A stretch of 64,000 nucleotides of DNA, taken from Eledone cirrhosa (taxonomy: Eukaryota). Positions 26,331-39,500 of the stretch are shown here, piece by piece (position 1 is the stretch's first letter; each line of letters starts with the position of its first letter). The notes below the pieces were generated by a model. That model was given only the letters and a program-made list of their open reading frames with translations, did no database searches and had not been told where the DNA came from. Both the position numbers and the translations under genes were made by a program. Location of the stretch: positions 158,534,001-158,598,000 of the forward strand of contig OZ024742.1 in assembly GCA_964016885.1 (NCBI GenBank), written 5' to 3'.

Positions 26331-29300
26331 AATATGGTTTTATAAATACGTTTTCATTTATTTAATATTATAGAATATTTACTCCAGTAACTTGTTGAGT
26401 GCTCTAAATCAGTTATAAACATTTATGTTTGTCGGACTTCCAACAAATTAAATACAACTTCTATATATATATATAGATATATATATAACCAAAGATTAAT
26501 ATGGTTCATTGATTACTCAATGAATATAGTCTTACAATAGATAGATTAAAAGCACTCTACAAAGAAATTTTCTGGAGTTATTAATATTATTCAGAATATT
26601 AATAACTAAAGACATTCACATAATCAAAATATATGTTTTATTATATATATTTTGATTATGTGAATGTCTTCATTTATTAATATTCTGAATAATATTAATA
26701 ACATCTATATATATACATATATGATAACTTTGAGTAACGTTAACGTTTACATCACACATCTTTAGTGGGAAAATAGTCTCTAATATATAGAGGATATAAA
26801 GCCATGCCGACTGAAGTATGTGGACAGCTCCAGGCGTGGTACTCAAACTTGTATATTCCATAAACCTTGTGTATATTCTTCAAAGTAGCGACTGACCATT
26901 TCCTTTTCGTTTTCTTTAAGTCAGAAGTTTAAATGTAAACACACGATGTATGTTTAGAAGTGTTGGGTGAGATACGGTTTTGAAAATTAATGTAATTTAA
27001 ATTAGTTAAGGGGTCGTTTATAGAAGGTGTGAGTTCAAATCCCACGAGTAGCGCTGTCCCTTTTTTCCGTCATATCATCCAGATCATGTCTCGTGGTCCC
27101 TTCTGCTGACTTTTAGCCTTTCGGATACCAGGGAATTGTGTCTCACAGAACGCTAAACCCATGAGCTGTGTGTAAACATTTTATCCGCATGATGGACAGT
27201 ATACTCAAACATATTTCATCAGACATTCTCTCTTGACAATTAATTTAAAAAGGGGTGTATCTGAATTATGTAATTATTTCTGCATATTGACGTAAAGAGG
27301 ATTCTCCTCATGAAACACTTGACTATAACACCACATGAGTGAAAGGATTAGTATGCATCTATTTACCACTAACGCAAATATTGATTCCTCCTCCTCTTCC
27401 CAGTTCCCTCTTAAAACCACATTCTTAAACTTTATCCCCATTGGACTATCAGTGTTTGCTTCCAGCTTGAGATAACATCAACTTTCTTGTCCATTATCAA
27501 AGTGTAGCATTTATTATCTCAAAAACAGATATGTATTAATAAAAAAATTAGTCAGATTATCAGAGATATTCACCCCAAACTACTCATAAACAATAGCTAT
27601 TGTTCGCAATAGACCATGTATATATTCAGCTTCCTATTCTACTTTCAAAGTGAGACATTATCTCAGGATTTCACATTAATATTTACATATTTATGAGGGT
27701 GTTGAAGTTTGATTGAAGCATTGTCAAAGGTGTAGAAAGCAATGTTTTAAGAAGGTTTAAGCAATGCAAATAGGACATTAGAGGTTACAAATAACGTTAA
27801 CAAATTCTTTTGAATATTTCCTTGATATTTCGAGATAAAATATCTCTTTGCCAAAGGAAGGGTTTAGGAAACTAAGTCGGAGCAGGATACCCTCTGTTGT
27901 TCTTATGCGGATATTTCTGAAACGGAGATTTCTTATGCGGATATTTCTGAAATTTTTTATTTCTTCAACTCTGGAAGTAGTGAAGAGATCACATGGTATA
28001 TGTTCACGTGCGGACCACGTAGTATGAAAGTTTATTCCATTTGTTTATGTATTACTTCCTGTTATTTCCACTAGTATTAGTGTTGTGGGCGAAGTTTTAT
28101 TTCTCTTTCATTGTGATAGTAAAAATGATTTGGTAGGTTGTAGTATTAGTTTACATGTCTGTAAGGGAGAGAGAGATGAAAGACAGGGATAAGGATTTAT
28201 TAGAGGCTTGTAATGGTGGTTTGCAATTTATCATTCAGTGATAAGGACAGAGTGGGAATTTTATCCCGAAATATCAAGGTGGCATTACAATTTAGTTATT
28301 GTTATTTAATGACTTATTTGCGTTGCTGTAGCACGATGTTTTCTTTATTCAAACATTTCTTGCATTCTTAGGCAACACAAGGAAAATAACTCAATTAAAA
28401 CTATAATTAAAGTTAATGAATTGTGTCACTCACCAAATTTTAACCCAGCCTTTGGTCATCATTCTTTTTTATAATTATTTGTGATAAGAGAATAACAGCA
28501 AAGACTCACGGTATGTTACAAAAGTAAAAAGCAACGCAGATTATTTAGTAATTTCCTACATGAACCATGTGTGAAAGATGTCTTTATCGCCACAATTAAG
28601 GCGCCTTTCGTTATACATGTTTGTTATAAATTGAAGCTGATCTCATGCTTAATAACAACTGCCAAAACAGACAAACAGATATCTTTTTTAAAGAATGAAA
28701 AAAGCCTTTGTGAAAAAAGTATTGTCATAATTTAATTACTACGGACATATGATATGGATTTTGCAATTTGAAAAACGTGTTGTGTTTCTCTTTTTATTCC
28801 CTATTTTGTTTCAGTTCGTTATTTAAAATCTGTCTGAAAACTTTGTTTCGCTAATATTTGTTATTTGTTGTTATGTTTATTGTTTAGAAAGTGTAAGGTT
28901 TTTCTATTTTAGATTTGTTTTAACATTCAAGAGAAAGAAACCATTTGTCCCCTTCTAATAATAGAGCATTCATTTAATTATGTATATTTTCAAATCATGG
29001 TGGTGGCTATGGGTTCAGAATCATTCAATAGAAGTTTCGAGAACAAAGAATATGAGACATTTGATATTGACTACATTAATCAAAATTCCTCTTCTTGCCA
29101 TGGGTGCAACATAGAAGCCGAAGATCACTAAATTGAAAATCCATAGGCAATTGTGTAAAAGTAACAAGAAAAATTGAAGATTTTGTCGCAATTATATGAT
29201 GTTTTTTATCAATGAATTCGGGTCCGTTTATATGTTGTGAAGCCATAGTTCAATACCTAGAAGGTTCGTCCACCACATGCTGGCACATGTAACGGTGATT

Positions 29301-29887
29301 GTCGAAAATCAGCAGTCCCTCGTGCCTGCTCTCCAAAAGAAAGGAAAATACCGATATAGTTTGGTACTATTTATGTGGCATGCTAACTTAGAAGGCAAGT
29401 GACTGGAAGACAAGGTATAGCACAAGGTATCGCAATGCTCTTACAATTCTGCTAACCAATCGCTTTAAACTAATAAATTATTTATCAACATTGAAAAGAT
29501 GAAGGACAAAGATATTCTCGGTAGAATTTGAAATGGGGGTACGGAGAACACGAAGAGAATAGGCGAGGAATGAATCCGAAGTTGTAATGACCTCGTTTTC
29601 TTTTAAATTAATATATGAAAAAATTTACAAACATTTCAGAGAGGTTACAACGCTGAGGATAATTTCTTTCTTTCTTTTTTCTCGGAGACGCCGAAAGGGA
29701 AACAAGTTCTTAACATCCTCTTTTAATTCATTAAAAAATTAAAGACACTTTTTTTTTATTTTGCCTAATCAAACAAAGTTATTCGCTAAGTAGCATCATA
29801 AAATAAAGGATTACACTACTGAATGTAGACACATTCAGAGACCTAAACCAAAATGTAAATGTATGACAGTCTAAACTCTTATTATTG

Positions 29888-30060
29888 ATGGATTGGCAGT
29901 ATCGGTAGAGGGTCGGATGATATGCTTTGCTGCATAAGGCCCTTTATGATCTGAGTTCAAATCCCGCCGAGGTTAACTTTCATCCTTACGGGATCGATAA
30001 AATAAAGTACCTGTAATGCACTGGTTAATTGCTGGCTTTGTGCCAAAAGTATAAACAATT
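29888..30060 (+). mobile_element. tRNA-derived SINE, tail-to-tail with an RTE 3' end
   Basis: GGATTGGCAGTATCGGTAGAGGGTCGG...GAGTTCAAATCCCGCCGAGG...GCCAAAAGTATAAACAA. Confidence 0.85.
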
Positions 30061-31475
30061 TTTTTTTCTTCTGTTGTTTCTTCTTCTACTTCTTCTTCGC
30101 CCACTTATTCCTGAGGGGGTCGTGGGGGAAGAGTTTTCAAACACTCCTTCCAGCGGGGCTTGTCAGAAGCAACCGTCTCCAACTGATCTGGTTGGATCCC
30201 CAAGCGAGACCAGCCAAGCTCATGGATGTTATCCAACCCTCTTGCTCGGCGTCTACACCTGAGCCTCCTGCCTGTTGGTGTTGCTCGTAAAATTTTTCCG
30301 GCGATTCTTTCCTGGGATATTCTAATCACATGCCCATAGTATGGGAGCTGTGATCCCTCAATTCAGAGATTCTTTCCTGAGATATTCTAATCACATGCCC
30401 ATAGTATCGGAGCTGTGATCCCTCAATTCAGAGATTCTTTCCTGAGATATTCTAATCACATGCCCATAGTATCGGAGCTGTGATCCCTCAATTCAGAGAT
30501 TCTTTCCTGAGATATTCTAATCACATGCCCATAGTATTGGAGCTGTGATCCCTCAATTCAGAGATTCTTTCCTGAGATATTCTAATCACATGCCCATAGT
30601 ATCGGAGCTGTGATCCCTCAATTCAGAGATTCTTTCCTGAGATATTCTAATCACATGCCCATAGTATCGGAGCTGTGATCCCTCAATTCAGAGATTCTTT
30701 CCTGAGATATTCTAATCACATGCCCATAGTATCGGAGCTGTGATCCCTCAATTCAGAGATTCTTTCCTGAGATATTCTAATCACATGCCCATAGTATCGG
30801 AGCTGTGATCCCTCAATTCAGAGATTCTTTCCTGAGATATTCTAATCACATGCCCATAGTATCGGAGCTGTGATCCCTCAATTCAGAGATTCTTTCCTGA
30901 GATATTCTAATCACATGCCCATAGTATCGGAGCTGTGATCCCTCAATTCAGAGATTCTTTCCTGAGATATTCTAATCACATGCCCATAGTATCGGAGCTG
31001 TGATCCCTCAATTCAGAGATTCTTTCCTGAGATATTCTAATCACATGCCCATAGTATCGGAGCTGTGATCCCTCAATTCAGAGATTATTTCCTGAGATAT
31101 TCTAATCACATGCCCATAGTATCGGAGCTGTGATCCCTCAATTCAGAGATTCTTTCCTGAGATATTCTAATCACATGCCCATAGTATCGGAGCTGTGATC
31201 CCTCAATTCAGAGATTCTTTCCTGAGATATTCTAATCACATGCCCATAGTATCGGAGCTGTGATCCCTCAATTCAGAGATTCTTTCCTGAGATATTCTAA
31301 TCACATGCCCATAGTATCGGAGCTGTGATCCCTCAATTCAGAGATTCTTTCCTGAGATATTCTAATCACATGCCCATAGTATCGGAGCTGTGATCCCTCA
31401 ATTCAGAGATTCTTTCCTGAGATATTCTAATCACATGCCCATAGTATCGGAGCTGTGATATCTCGATTCGCTCAA
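30061..31475 (-). mobile_element. Short 3' fragment of an RTE LINE whose 5' part has been amplified into a tandem array
   Basis: Minus strand encodes ERIEISQLRYYGHVIRISQERIAGKILRATPTGRR...RWKECLKTLPPRPPQE* (the RTE C-terminal QLRW.GHV.R motif), with an (AAG)n-like tail. Confidence 0.8.
30301..31459. repeat. 65-bp minisatellite, about 18 near-identical copies
   Basis: Unit GAGATTCTTTCCTGAGATATTCTAATCACATGCCCATAGTATCGGAGCTGTGATCCCTCAATTCA, starting at 30366, 30431, 30496 ... 31406. Confidence 0.97.
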
Positions 31476-31759
31476 TTTCTAAACTATGAAGGATGAATAG
31501 AATGATAGTGGTAAAAATATATTATTGAGAAATCCTGCGGAGAGTCAGAGAAAAACGGAGAAAATATTACTAGATATTTATGTCTTCGGAATTAATAATT
31601 ACATTCTAATCATGAGTAAAACATAATCTGTATTTGTGTTTAAACTCTGAATTCAATAAATTCCAGAAACATTTTTAATTAAACAATTAAGAATCTTGCA
31701 GGTGTTGGTTATTTGTGCTGATAGTAGCAGTGTTTGGTGTCAATGATACATAGCATATT

Positions 31760-31798
<39 letters not shown>

Positions 31799-33165
31799 CA
31801 CTTTGAATTATGATTAGAAATTAATGTTTCTATTATATAGGTACACGTTGTTATCAATGTTTCTACTGTATTGTAATTGAACGCATATCTGTGTGTATCA
31901 GTGAGCAGGTGAGTATATATGTATATATCGGAACAGGTATGTTGATGTACATTTATGTATCTATCTGTGTGCTTATATATGATTGTGTGCGTTGTTCAAT
32001 GTTAAGTTGCTTCTCTAGCAATGGATGTGTGCATAGTGAAGTGCTGCATTGCCAGTTTAGTTGTTTTTATACTAACTTCTGAATAAATTTATATTTTAAA
32101 AAATGTAGAATTTTAGAATGTTGTATGTATGTGATATTAATTTTCTAATTCTGGTTTTATATCTGGTACAACAGTGAAGAATTGTCGCTGGATAATGGCG
32201 ATTACATAATAGAAAGAATACAACCGATTTCCTCCAGAGAAGAAGTATGAATAGAAAGCGGAAGTGAGAAATAGATACAGAGGAAGAATGGACCCCAGTA
32301 CTGGACTGACATTTTTTATCAACTTTGAAAGAGTGACATGCAACGTACACTTTCGCGGGATTCGAACTTAGGCGACACGAATAACACAAAATAATCTATC
32401 TAACGTTTTAATGATTCTGCCAATTCCTCGCCTTACCGCATCTGTACTGAAGCCATATATTTAAACTTGTCTAAACACATCTGTTCAAAATATAATTCGA
32501 GGTTTTAAATTATCACTATTTTTTTTCTCTTGCACCCGTAACTCCTTGTGGGATTGTAGTAACGCCGTAATGACATACGGTCCTTTTTGGGGGCGTTTTT
32601 AAACCTGGTGGAGATTTGACCTCAGAGTGCAGAGACCCGCAATGAATACCGCTAAGCATTCTATTTGACGTTCTATTAATTCTGTTAATTTGCCACCTCA
32701 AATGATAGCTTTAAACAAATGTAAAAATATATGTGAAATACAATGTTTTAGCGCCATCTTTAGACGCCATGTTGATGATACGTTCTTTACTAAGCGGAGC
32801 TACAGAAATTTACAATAATCGAGCTATTATCACAAAAGAACAAACGTAAACAAAATCGTTATCGCTCTGATGTCAAAAGATTGCATAGATAAACTTACTT
32901 AATAGTGATATCAACCTCTAACATGTATTTTAGAATAAATATTTGTTAATGGTGTGGTGGACAACATCGATGATCTCTTATATAATCGGTTATCAGTTTC
33001 TAATTTATCATTTTTTTTTTCAGATAATCATAAATATATTCAACACTAACAGTGAAACCCGGTGTTGCCCGGATGCAGAGTTATTTATAGGTAGGCATAC
33101 ATGTGATATATATATAATTGGTGTTGGATGCTTAAAGCGTCCGTATGTGGTAGGCATACATGTGA

Positions 33166-33208
<43 letters not shown>

Positions 33209-33276
33209 TATTTTTCATTTGAATATGGCAAAGCCGACCATTAATCGCTCGTATACAGGAAACTTACTGGCCTGTC

Positions 33277-33372
33277 TGCTGATATGCAAATCTGGCTGAT
33301 CAGTGGATCTGCTAATATGCAAATCTGACTGACCAGCCAGTTTGCTAATATGCAAACCAGGCCGATCAGTCA
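33277..33372 (+). repeat. Three diverged 33-bp repeats, each with an octamer motif
   Basis: ATGCAAAT at 33284 and 33317, and ATGCAAAC at 33350. Confidence 0.75.
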
Positions 33373-33433
33373 CTGTATATATTAGAAAATATCATATATT
33401 TTCACTAGCTCTGACAGTTGGCAGGTGAACAGT

Positions 33434-33483
33434 GAACTGCACTGATGAAGAGTGATGCCCAGAAACATTAGTGTCTGCAGTTC
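33434..33483 (+). ncRNA. Type I hammerhead ribozyme (family E)
   Basis: GAACTGCA-CTGATGA-agagtgatgccca-GAAA-CATTAGTG-TC-TGCAGTTC. Perfect 8-bp stem I and GUC cleavage triplet; stem II is weak. Confidence 0.8.
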
Positions 33484-33610
33484 GGTTTGCATGCCAACAC
33501 AAGAGCAAGACCTTGGGGCTCATTCTACTTACATGGCTTTAAAAAAGAGGATTTTTGCATAATTGCAAGCGAATCGAAAAACTCAGGTTACATTTATATA
33601 TATATGTGTG

Positions 33611-33707
<97 letters not shown>

Positions 33708-33788
33708 GGTAAACAGAAATAACAACACAATCGGTACAGTATATGGAAGGTATATATTAGGTTAACGTTTGATATAGCAGGAAGAGGG

Positions 33789-33824
33789 TCTTAACGTTTC
33801 GGACGCTAGACCTTCATCAGAAGA
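33789..33824 (-). ncRNA. Minimal type I hammerhead ribozyme (family F) in a short element at about 33705-33927; relatives at 36235-36410 (core mutated) and 56746-56835 (3' tip only)
   Basis: Minus strand: TCTT-CTGATGA-aGGtctagcgtCC-GAAA-CG-TT-AAGA. This is the classic PLE minimal HHR with an ACGT palindrome. Confidence 0.8.
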
Positions 33825-33922
33825 AAGAATGAAAAATAAAATAGATTAAGGGGATAGGCTGGATTGAATTAGAAAAGATGTCTGTAGATAAAAATAATAG
33901 GTCCACGCATGTTGACATCTCT

Positions 33923-33979
<57 letters not shown>

Positions 33980-33982
<3 letters not shown>

Positions 33983-35237
33983 AAAATTGAACGGGAACAA
34001 AACAGAGAGGCAGTACGAACAAAGGTTTATTAATTTCACGCTCTTGAGAGTGGGGTGGTGGTGGGGAACGACGTTTCGGGCATAAGCCCTTCTTCAGGTG
34101 AAAAGTGTGTGGGAGGAGAGTTCAAAGGGTGTGTAGGGGAGTGGTGGAGAGACATATAGCAAAAAGGGGGTGAGAGGAAACGGTGCAAATGAAATTAAAA
34201 ATAAAGGCACGATCAAAATCAAATTAAAATGGGGTAAAACAGGTGGTGGAAGGGTGTGGGGCGTGTAGGGGTGGTGGCGGGTGGAGTGGGGAGAGGGAGA
34301 CGGGGTGTCCGAACGGGAAGGGCTGAAGGTGGTGTGTGTGTGTAGGTGTACGTGTATGTGTGTATGTGAAAGCAAGGGTTGGGGGAAGAACGGGGTTGCA
34401 TGTTCAGGAAGAGGTGTGTGTGGGGTGGGGTGTAGGTCGGAGTGTGTGTGCGTGTGTGGATAGAGGGGTGGGGGGAGAGGATTCCGGAGGCTGAATGTGT
34501 AAATATGTGGTGGTACGCACGTGTGTGTTTTGTATTTATGCGTGTTGGGGATGTAGGTGGTGTGTAGGAAAAACATTTTTTGGGGTTGTATGTCTGGGGT
34601 GAGTCGTAAAGGTAATTCCGTAAAAAGATGTGGTGGAATGCTGAGTAAAATCCTTGGGATGCGGTAGATTCTCGGGATCAAGGTTCACATATGTGCAATC
34701 CGTGAAGAGATTGGTCGGAAGAGGGGAGATGTGGGGACAGGTGTTGCAGCGGGGCCTAGAACAGGGAAAGGAACCGGGGGGGAAGATAGCGTGGGTTGGG
34801 GGATAGGGAGCTGTGGACGAGGAGGGTGCGGAGATTGCGTGCGCGTTTGAAGGAGGGGAGTGGTGGGGCTGGGAAGATGTGGAAGGTGGAGGGGTCGGAC
34901 TGGAGGCGGAGGAAGAGGCGGAGGATGGTGCGGTGGAGGGGTATGGCGGTGGGGTGGTAGGTGATGGGGAAGGGGAGACGGTGGGTGGGTGTGCGGTGGC
35001 GTGGGGTGAGGGTGGTGGAGCCGTGGACAGCACGGGCGCGGGTGAGAGCGGTATGGACGAGAGAGGGGGGTAACCTCTGCGGATGAAATGGCTGACTAGG
35101 GAAAGGGCCTGGGACTCAAAGTCAGCATCTCGGCTACAGAGGCGGCGGATCCTGAGGAGTTGGGAGTAGGGAATAGAGTGTTTAGTGTGTATGGGGTGGG
35201 AAGAGGTGAAGTCGAGGTAGGAGTGGGAGTCGATCAT
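33980..35237 (-). mobile_element. Neptune/Nematis-type Penelope-like element 3' fragment, with GIY-YIG internally deleted
   Basis: SYLDFTSSHPIHTKHSIPYSQLLRIRRLCS..RGYP (RT thumb); PITYHP and FKRARNLRTLLV after a frameshift; PGSFPCSRPRCNTC zinc finger; then a C-rich UTR and an HHR. Confidence 0.85.
34066..34100 (-). ncRNA. Minimal type I hammerhead ribozyme (family G) of the PLE pLTR
   Basis: Minus strand: cAC-CTGAAGA-aGGGCttatGCCC-GAAA-CG-TC-GT, with a GUC triplet. AATAAA lies about 40 nt downstream. Confidence 0.8.
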
Positions 35238-35319
35238 TTTCTATTACCCACTCTACTACCTTAATTATTGAGTACTTTGGTGCGTTATGGTCCATTAGGT
35301 TCCTTACCACATTTCCTTC

Positions 35320-35360
<41 letters not shown>

Positions 35361-35812
35361 TAACTGGACTAGCGTGGGTTTTTCACTGCTAGTACCGGTT
35401 GCATCTCAGCGTACTCAATATGTAATGTTAAGTAAACTCCCAGAGTATACACATAATTATTTGCTTCAATACAACACACGTAAATGGGTACCTTCAATCT
35501 ATACCCGTACTTGAGTTTCGGCCACACTTAATGCAGCAATAGAGTGCACAGCATCCACTGTCTATATTTATTATGCAACAGTGCAAAATCGGTGCATGTG
35601 GCTTAATCAGCGGGTTTCGCCTAATCAATAACCAATCGATCGACAGAATTGGACTCCAGTCCGTGTCGGCTATGACTGAAAATGTTGGTTATCACAGTCA
35701 AACATTTGTAACTGAAATCCCTACGTGTCATTACAATGTCATCAATCGATTGTCTACTGTTTCAGAAATTAACGTGACAGTAGGAGATGAAATTCCAATA
35801 GTTCCCTCCATA

Positions 35813-35864
35813 AGCCTTAATGGTTCCCGCCGTGAGCCTTAATGGTTCCCGCCGTGAGCCTTAA
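35813..35864. repeat. 22-bp tandem duplication
   Basis: AGCCTTAATGGTTCCCGCCGTG, about 2.3 copies. Confidence 0.9.
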
Positions 35865-36564
35865 ACCAACGTACCTCAAACACATATTAACAAACGAGTG
35901 AAAATCGGTTATTGGAGAAAATCAGTCTCTAATTGCTGTACAATAGAATGGTAGCATTCGGCTCCAGTCGCGAATTAGCATGGTGAGAAATAGTACGACA
36001 GTAACAATGGTAGTGCCTAAAACCTTTCCGGACATTAAATGCCAACAACCGATTAGACAGCGATATAGAGTGAGCGCGCTAGTTCGAATTGTAAATATTT
36101 CGACCAAACACGTGCGTTACCTTGTCAATTGCACAACTTGCACGGTTCAATAGGTGAGTGAGAGAGGAAGATATAACATGTATTAGATCGCATATTAAAC
36201 AAAACAATAAAAAATGTATATATATGTGTGTGTGTAAAAGGTAAACAGAAATAACATCTCAATCGGTTCAGGATATGGAAGGGATATATTAGGTTAACGC
36301 TTGATATAGCAGAAAGAGGGTCTTAATGTTTCGGGCGCTAGTCCTACATCAGAAGAAAAAATATCTTTAGATGAAAATAACAGGTCAATTCATGTTGACA
36401 TCTCTTGTAAAACTGTTGGTGCTGACGTTTTGTGTATGATTTATTTTTTAAGGATGATTTGTTATGTCTTCATTACGTTTATTGATTGGTGACGTGCGTT
36501 TCGCTATGGCCCAATGCTGTGGTAATAACAGAATAAACCACGTTACACTCATTAAATGTTTATG

Positions 36565-39500
36565 TATATATAAAGAAGGAGGTGTGGTAAGAAACCAGAT
36601 GGGCCATAACGCACCAGAGTACTCAATACTTAGCGTAGGAGAGTAGGTAATAGGAAAATGTTTGACCCCAACCGCAGAGGTCAAGCCGTTTCGGCGGCTA
36701 TTTCTGGACTGAATTAGAATTTTTAGTGTGGTAAATAAATAGCCGAACTTTCCAAGGAGTAATTCCTTATATGGGAAGATTGTAGTTGTCAAGAGGATTG
36801 GTCAAAATTTCTTGTAAACACAATTACATCTTTCATGGCAGTGTGTGTGGGGGGGGGGGTGAACTTGCCTGTAGAACAATGAGGGAGTGGGTGGAGCGGT
36901 CAAGCGTTGAAAGGGAATTCTATACAGCAAATTCTAACGATTGTATATGAAAATAGGCTAGATAGGAAGCAGACAAAAAGGGGTTCTGGAGAAAATCGAG
37001 AGGGGACGTCATAGAATAGGTTAATAAATTGAGATTAGAAGATAATAAATAAATAAATAAATAAATATATACAAATATAAAATTGGATAATAAGAAGTAA
37101 TAAAAAACATCTCTAGAGTCTAAAACAGCTGCTATATTTAGTTGGTATTGCATTTTCGGCCAATGCTATAGAATAGGTAAATAAATTGAGATTAGAAAAT
37201 ACTAAATAAATAAAAAATATATAAAATTATAGAATTGGATAGTAAAAAGTAATAAAAAAATCTCTAGGGTCTAAAACCTCTGCTATAATTAGTTGGTATT
37301 GCGTTTTCGGCCAATGCTGTATATAATTTACTGGGGTGGGGGTACTGAGGATACAAAAGCCAGATGGGCTGCCTCGGGGTAGGCGAAAGGGGAAAAGGGA
37401 GTGGAAGGAAGTGATAGGAAGAGATAAAGGGCAGAAGAAAATAAAAAGGAAAAGCAAAGAAGTACATCTACCTATATTAGCTGGGGTTTCCCGTATCGTG
37501 TTCGGCAAGTGGGGAAGAGGAGGATTTTGCAGCCATTGTCAACCCACCCGGGTCATGAGGGGGTTTGAGGTCGATGTAAATCCTACGCAATCGGTGTTTG
37601 CATGCAGTTACAAGTTCATCTTTTTTGTTTAGGAGTAGGCCCTTCTGAAACAGCATTTGTAATGTTTCCTCCGAGCTTAAGTAACACGGACGGCGTCCTC
37701 CCGTGTAGGAGTTAGCCCTGTACAGTAAGCTCCAAGTAAGATTGTATGTTATGTTATTATCTTGGAGGTCCCAGACGTGGCCGAAAGTGTAGTGGCATGT
37801 CGCCGGGCAGGGTTTCGGAACGTATCCCGGTGTTGGTAGAGCCGGCTCTTAAAGTCACAAGCAGTTAATCCTATATAGGCTTTGTTGGAGGTTACCGGCC
37901 TCACGTTGTACTGGTAGATCACGTTACGTTCTCGGTACCTGTTGTTGATGGGGGCACGTAGATCTATCAGGGCAGTTACACCTCCTGGTCGACTATCCAC
38001 TAATGTCTAGGTTGTTTCTGCCATAGGGGTTGAGTTTCTTGTTGTTTGAGGAGGCGATGTTTTGTGCGAAGTTGGGTGTGGTGCTGTAGGAGATTTTGCT
38101 AGTATTTTTGTTGATTATGTTGTGGTGGGAAGTGTTTTTCGAGGAGCATAAAGAAGATTTTCCCTATAGGTGTTGCCACCTCGGCATTGTGGGGAGGGTT
38201 GAACCACGTTACCTGGCGTGAGCGGCGGCGTCGCCTGCTGGTTCCGTTAAAGGAAGCTGGATAAGAGGAGATTTCCTCCCGAAAGCCGCTTCGATTGAGG
38301 GCTTGGTTATAATGAGGCGCATGTTCATCGAATATCTGCTCATTAGCGGACAAACTAGATATGCGGAGGGAGATGTTTTTAACCAGGTTATTGGTGATGT
38401 TTCTAGGATGGTTAGAGCGGTGGTGGATGTAGTGCAGGTTGTCGTTTGTTTTCTTGTATGGGTAGTACAGATCATTTTCGAGGTTGAGTGTAACGTCCAG
38501 GAAATCGACTAGGGTTAGGGACATTTGTAGGGTGATTTTAAATCCCCAGTCCCGGAAGAAGTTGATTAGGTGTTTACGTATCCGGTCTGTACTACTGTGG
38601 TTGTACCCTTTGGGGGTAAGGAGCCCATCGTCTCGGTACAATCCACCGCCGAATGCAGGAAACATTTCGGTGAGTTTATGTAGTAGGAATAATCCTATAA
38701 GATTGGTCACCTCGGCCGAGTCGGTCGCGTCCATACTGACGTAGAAGGGGGAGCGGGGGCTCTCTTTATCCTCTTGGAGTTGTCGAAAAGGAGGACTGTC
38801 TTCCTGGCGTGGAGAATGATGTTTCTTTCCTGGTCGGTGATGGGCGTGAGTGTTTTGGCAAAGTCTAAAGTGGCCGTAAGGAGCGGTAAGGTAATAGAGG
38901 CGTAGTAACTCTCTATGTCGAACTGGATGAATTTGGTGTCCTGTTTGTCCTCAATATTCCTGAACCATAAGATGACTTCCTGGGTGACTAAGTCTCCCAG
39001 TTTTGCTTAACTTTTGGTATAACGTGGTCTAGGATCTTTTTACTGATTCTCCCTATGTCCGACTTCGTCGGGTTTATATGCCTGATGGATGGTCTGCGGT
39101 CGAAGTCAGAATTTTGGTCCTTCAGGGTGAAGTAGGGAATCCGTGGTTCGAGAGGTTCAGTACGTTCGGTGACCCGAGGCTGGAGGTAATTTGTTGTCCA
39201 TCTAGATTTATGTCCTCGATTATTGAATGGTTAGCCTTTTTGTAGGTGGAGTTCAGGCTGCTCCTGATCAGTGTGGGGTGTCTGTCAAGGTTGACGAAAT
39301 AGAGGTTTACAGTTTTGTCCGAATGCACCAGGATATCGTTGGTGCTTTCATACTACATTATTTTGCTACGTAGATGTTGTAGGAATCGGTTGTGTCTGGG
39401 TTTGAATTGTATACCCTTGACCAAGTGAAAGAGGTCGTTTTCCCCACTTGCCGAACACGATAGGGGAAAACACAGCTAAAATAGGTAGATGTACTTCTTT

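Noticed and set aside
30301-31459. CRISPR-like array
   Set aside because: The units are contiguous and identical with no unique spacers, derive from RTE coding sequence, and sit in a eukaryotic context.
33024-33090. Apparent exon bounded by (T)nCAG and GTAGGC
   Set aside because: The interior ACTAACAGTGAAACCCGGTGTTGCCCGG resembles a Helitron/Helentron-type terminus, and the peptide is uninformative.
34813-35073. Gly/Glu-rich plus-strand ORF
   Set aside because: It is the antisense shadow of the C-rich PLE coding strand.
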